Part shown: piece by piece, positions 60,622 to 64,000 of the stretch | Layout: every line of letters begins with the position of its first letter | Numbering within the stretch: position 1 is the first letter of the stretch | Assembly (NCBI GenBank): GCA_963976765.1 | Contig: CAXBME010000010.1 | Coordinates: 1 to 64,000, forward strand | DNA from: an uncultured Planctomycetaceae bacterium | GTDB taxonomy: Bacteria > Planctomycetota > Planctomycetia > Planctomycetales > Planctomycetaceae | Reading direction: 5' to 3' | Length of the DNA stretch: 64,000 bases | Notes under the pieces: model-generated | Databases searched by the model: none | The model's input: only the letters and a program-made list of their open reading frames with translations | What the model was told of the DNA's origin: nothing | Made by a program: the position numbers and the translations under genes

Positions 60622-61611
60622 TCACACCGGAGTGTTCGGCTCCTGAAAACCTTCAGGCTCGATCTGGATCGTGACATGGTCAATCGAAAACTGCTCGATC
60701 ACGACGTCGCGTACACTCTGCAGTACTTCGTCATACGGTCGCGAGCCATCGGAAACGATGTGACACGACACCGAATCCATGCCGCTGGTAATCGTCCAGA
60801 CGTGAAGGTCGTGAACGTCGACCACGCCTGGAGTTTCAGTCAACGCTGCTTTGAGCTCCGGAACGTCAACATGCGTCGGAGCTGCCTGCATCAGTACCCG
60901 GACGGAATCCAGAAGCAGTCGCCATGCCGAAACAACAACCAGCAGCGAGATCACCGCCGAGATGATCGGGTCGGCGATGTACCAGCCGAAATTCTGAATC
61001 AACAACCCGGCCACAATTGCCGCGACGCTGCCCAAAGCGTCAGACAGAACGTGCAGCCACGCTCCGCGAACATTGAGATTGTGATCTTTGCCGCCGTGCA
61101 GCACGGCGAGACCAATCAGATTGACGATCAGACCGCCGACGGCGATCCACATCATCAGCCCGCCCTGAACTTCGGGCGGATCACTGAACCGATGCCAGGC
61201 CTCGTACACAATAAAAAACGAAACAGCGACCAGCGTCGCTCCGTTCACCAGCGCAGCGAGAATCTCGGCACGGTAATACCCAAACGTTCGCTGCGAACCC
61301 GCCGGCCGATCAGCAATCCAGATCGCAAAAACGCTTAACGCCAACGAGGCCACATCCGAAAACATGTGCCCGGCATCGGCCTGCAACGCCAGCGAGTTGC
61401 TGATCAGCCCGCCGACAACCTCTGCGACCATGTAACCAGCGGCCAGAATCAGCGTCAGCAGCAGACGCTTTCGATTCGCCGTCGAGTGCGAATGCCCGTG
61501 GTGTCCGCAGTGGTCGTGCCCGTGAGAATGGCAGCTCAGCCTGGCTTTCGACGCCTCCGTCCTGGAGTCCCTGATCTCGATTCCGCTATCCCGCGAGCAG
61601 CTTATGGCCAC
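60622..61611 (-). CDS. Cation diffusion facilitator (CzcD/ZitB-like Zn/Co/Cd exporter)
   Basis: His-rich N-terminus, SLALQADAGHMFSD, TFGYYRAEILAAL, HVLSDALGS, VHDLHVW and HVTIQIE; start uncertain. Confidence 0.93.
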   Translation of the reverse strand: MAISCSRDSGIEIRDSRTEASKARLSCHSHGHDHCGHHGHSHSTANRKRLLLTLILAAGYMVAEVVGGLISNSLALQADAGHMFSDVASLALSVFAIWIADRPAGSQRTFGYYRAEILAALVNGATLVAVSFFIVYEAWHRFSDPPEVQGGLMMWIAVGGLIVNLIGLAVLHGGKDHNLNVRGAWLHVLSDALGSVAAIVAGLLIQNFGWYIADPIISAVISLLVVVSAWRLLLDSVRVLMQAAPTHVDVPELKAALTETPGVVDVHDLHVWTITSGMDSVSCHIVSDGSRPYDEVLQSVRDVVIEQFSIDHVTIQIEPEGFQEPNTPV

Positions 61612-62440
61612 TGCCCGTCAGAACCTGCAGACCAACAATCGTCAGCAGCAGAAATCCGCAGGCCCAGACCGTCAGCAGAGCAACCTGTTTTGCCGCGGCT
61701 CGCTTTGTGGACACCAGCCAGCAGAAAAGGCCCAGCATCACCAGCCAGCCAATTCCCGAGCCAATCACCAGCGGGTCGCCGAAGGAAAGCTGAGTCGCCG
61801 ACCGTTTGGCGACGATTCCCAGCAGAACTCCAGCCGCCAGTCCCAGCGTGAGCGTCGGGACGGACACGACCACCGCCCACCAGTTCCAGCGGGCGAGTCG
61901 AGCCAGACTCGGCAGCGAGATATCCTGCTGCAAGCCCTGCTTATGTTTCAGTCGACGATGCTGAATGAGGTACATCGTCGCCAGAATCAGTCCCCCGATA
62001 ACACCCACAATTCCGAAGATCAGCATCGAAACATGCAGCATCACCCAACCGCGGGTCGCTTGCGCAGAAAGTTCCTGAGCACTGATCAACTGGTTCGGCT
62101 CCGGGCTGATAAATCGCGAAGCGCTGACCAGAACCAGCACGACTGGCAGAACAAACGCCCCCAGCGGTAGCTGCCAGTCGAGCATCGTCAGGAACAGGTA
62201 GATCAGAACTGCAACCCAGGCAAGCACCAGCAGCCAGTCGTGTGACGATGCCATCAACGGTGGCAGATCAGCGTTGTGGCTTCGCTCAAGCAGGTAGATC
62301 GTATGAGCAGCCAGGCCAGCGAACGTCGCCCCAACCGTCAGCGAGTGGTTCAGCCGGCTCTGCCCTCGAAATCTCAGAAACGCGAACGCCGTAGCGACCA
62401 CGTAGCTGGCGAGAAAACAGAAAACACTGACCTTCTCCAT
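61586..62440 (-). CDS. Cytochrome c assembly protein (CcsA/YpjD-like)
   Basis: About 8 TM helices with AHTIYL, WVMLHV and LPSLARL patterns; GGAG RBS before ATG 62440. Confidence 0.8.
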   Translation of the reverse strand: MEKVSVFCFLASYVVATAFAFLRFRGQSRLNHSLTVGATFAGLAAHTIYLLERSHNADLPPLMASSHDWLLVLAWVAVLIYLFLTMLDWQLPLGAFVLPVVLVLVSASRFISPEPNQLISAQELSAQATRGWVMLHVSMLIFGIVGVIGGLILATMYLIQHRRLKHKQGLQQDISLPSLARLARWNWWAVVVSVPTLTLGLAAGVLLGIVAKRSATQLSFGDPLVIGSGIGWLVMLGLFCWLVSTKRAAAKQVALLTVWACGFLLLTIVGLQVLTGSGHKLLAG

Positions 62441-62501
62441 CAACCGTTTCTCCGAGGTTACTGCCTTAGGAACGTGTCGAGAATACATTCCCGAAAGTCG
62501 A

Positions 62502-62571
62502 GCAGGGTGGGTATTGCCCACCAATGTCGATGAACACTCAACCTGTTTTGCTGGTGGGCGATGCCCCCTGC
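62502..62571. repeat. REP doublet (REPIN-like), copy 4
   Basis: GCAGGGTGGGTATTGCCCACCA ... CTGGTGGGCGATGCCCCCTGC. Confidence 0.8.
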
Positions 62572-62592
62572 TGGCAATGCAGACTCCGACAG

Positions 62593-63645
62593 CTAGCGAC
62601 TCTCGGAATCCAGACCGTACTCAGTCACTTTTTTGTGCAGAGTGTTGCGGTTAATGCCCAGCCGTTCTGCCGCCTTGATCTGCACTCCCTGACACTGTCG
62701 CAACATCTGAGTCAACAGTTGCCGCTCAACCAGCCCCATCACTTTTTCGAATGGTTTCGCGTCGTCAGCGTACTCGGTGAGCCCCAGGGTGACCAGTTCT
62801 TCTGCTGTCTTCTCAGCGCCGCCAGTCCGATGCCGACCGATTCGAACTGGAGCCAGACCTCGAACATGCGGCGGCAGAAGATCCGGAGTGAATTCGCCAC
62901 TTTGCAGAAGCACCAGGGCTCGCTCGGCGTAATTCTGCAGCTCACGGACATTCCCCGGCCACGAGTATGACTTCAGGGCTTCGATCGTTGCCTTGGCGAT
63001 CGTCGGGATCGGACGTCGATTGATCTCGGCGTAGATCCTAACGAAGTGCTCAATCAGTTCCGGGATATCATCAGGACGCTCGCGAAGCGGCGGCAGATAA
63101 ATCGGCACCACGTTCAGCCGGTAGTAAAGGTCTTCCCGAAACCGTCCGGCTTCAATCTCGTCTGGCAGGTCACGATTCGTGGCGGCCACGATGCGGCAAT
63201 CGACACGGATTGTTTTCGTGTCGCCGACGCGTTCGAACTCCTGCTCCTGCAAAACCCGTAGCAGCTTGACCTGCAGCGTGTAGCTGACCGAATTGATCTC
63301 GTCGAGAAAAATCGTCCCACCGTGAGCAGCCTCGAACCGCCCCGTCCGATTTTCGTTGGCACTGGTGAATGCACCTTTCACGTGTCCGAACAGCTCGCTT
63401 TCGAGCAGGCTCTCGCTGAGAGCGCCGCAATTAACTCGGACAAAGGGACCGGACGCACGAGGGCTTAATTCGTGAACCGCCCGAGCTACCAGTTCTTTCC
63501 CAGTGCCCGTTTCACCTGTCAGCAGCACGGTCGTCGATGCCGGAGCCACCAGTCGCGAAAGTTCAAACACTTCGCGCATGGCCGGACTGTTTCCGATCAT
63601 GCCGGCAATCGAATCTGTTGGACCGGAATTAGACGCGGATGTCAT
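62593..63645 (-). CDS. Sigma-54-interacting AAA+ activator with Fis-type HTH and no sensory domain
   Basis: GETGTGKE Walker [16 protein letters not shown] (GAFTGA variant), [23 protein letters not shown] and [12 protein letters not shown]. Confidence 0.93.
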   Translation of the reverse strand: MTSASNSGPTDSIAGMIGNSPAMREVFELSRLVAPASTTVLLTGETGTGKELVARAVHELSPRASGPFVRVNCGALSESLLESELFGHVKGAFTSANENRTGRFEAAHGGTIFLDEINSVSYTLQVKLLRVLQEQEFERVGDTKTIRVDCRIVAATNRDLPDEIEAGRFREDLYYRLNVVPIYLPPLRERPDDIPELIEHFVRIYAEINRRPIPTIAKATIEALKSYSWPGNVRELQNYAERALVLLQSGEFTPDLLPPHVRGLAPVRIGRHRTGGAEKTAEELVTLGLTEYADDAKPFEKVMGLVERQLLTQMLRQCQGVQIKAAERLGINRNTLHKKVTEYGLDSESR

Positions 63646-63924
63646 TTTGCGTCCTGAACTACTTTCAGGTAAGAGGATGTTACAGAACAATTCAATCGGC
63701 AGTGGAGCACAAGAGTTGAATTCTCAGCGACCGTGAGCACATGAATGTCTGAGAATCGGTCACATTCTGCGCGCATCGCGCGCAATCAGTCAAGCAGAGG
63801 CTTGACTGCTCGACATGTCGCCAGTCCGCCAGTCAGTTCGCCTCGAACCGGCAAACAACGGCTGCCTTTGTGGCGTGCAAAGCTCGCCCGACAAGCTTCG
63901 GCGGTTTCCTGCCCGTCCGGCCTA

Positions 63925-64000
63925 TCAACCTGCGGCAAATTCGTCGACGACGGCGGTCACGTCGGCCTCAGGAATGTCCGCAAACGTTGTGACGTGCCCC
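63925..64000 (-). CDS. C-terminal end of a gene entering from beyond the window (possibly 3-dehydroquinate synthase)
   Basis: Minus frame reads GHVTTFADIPEADVTAVVDEFAAG*; the resemblance to AroB C-termini is weak and rests on only 24 aa. Confidence 0.4.
   Translation of the reverse strand, partial: GHVTTFADIPEADVTAVVDEFAAG

Overview
This 64-kb window looks like the chromosome of a Planctomycete (family Planctomycetaceae-like, inferred from three DUF1501 genes, planctomycete cytochrome c/DUF1549/DUF1553 proteins, PQQ/WD40 propellers and zf-HC2-like Ser/Thr kinases). It holds about 50 CDS. Housekeeping genes include hpt, metF, typA, dapL, queF, truD, msrA and an RNase HII-like gene. The rest are mostly phylum-typical secreted or signalling proteins of unknown function. 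I found no rRNA, tRNA, CRISPR array, prophage or intact transposase. Several things are not in the ORF track: (i) a family of GTAG/GCAG-capped REP doublets (REPIN-like) in at least four intergenic gaps plus related singlets; (ii) a ~310-bp internally deleted IS3-type element with imperfect terminal inverted repeats; (iii) a 55-aa two-TM protein; (iv) 9-nt-period CAC(A/G)GA mini-repeats. The best candidates for an undescribed system are a stand-alone ubiquitin-like MoaD/ThiS + BNR beta-propeller locus and the PSCyt(golvesin-like insert)-DUF1501-DUF1501 operon. All family calls come from motif recognition by eye; no database searches were run.
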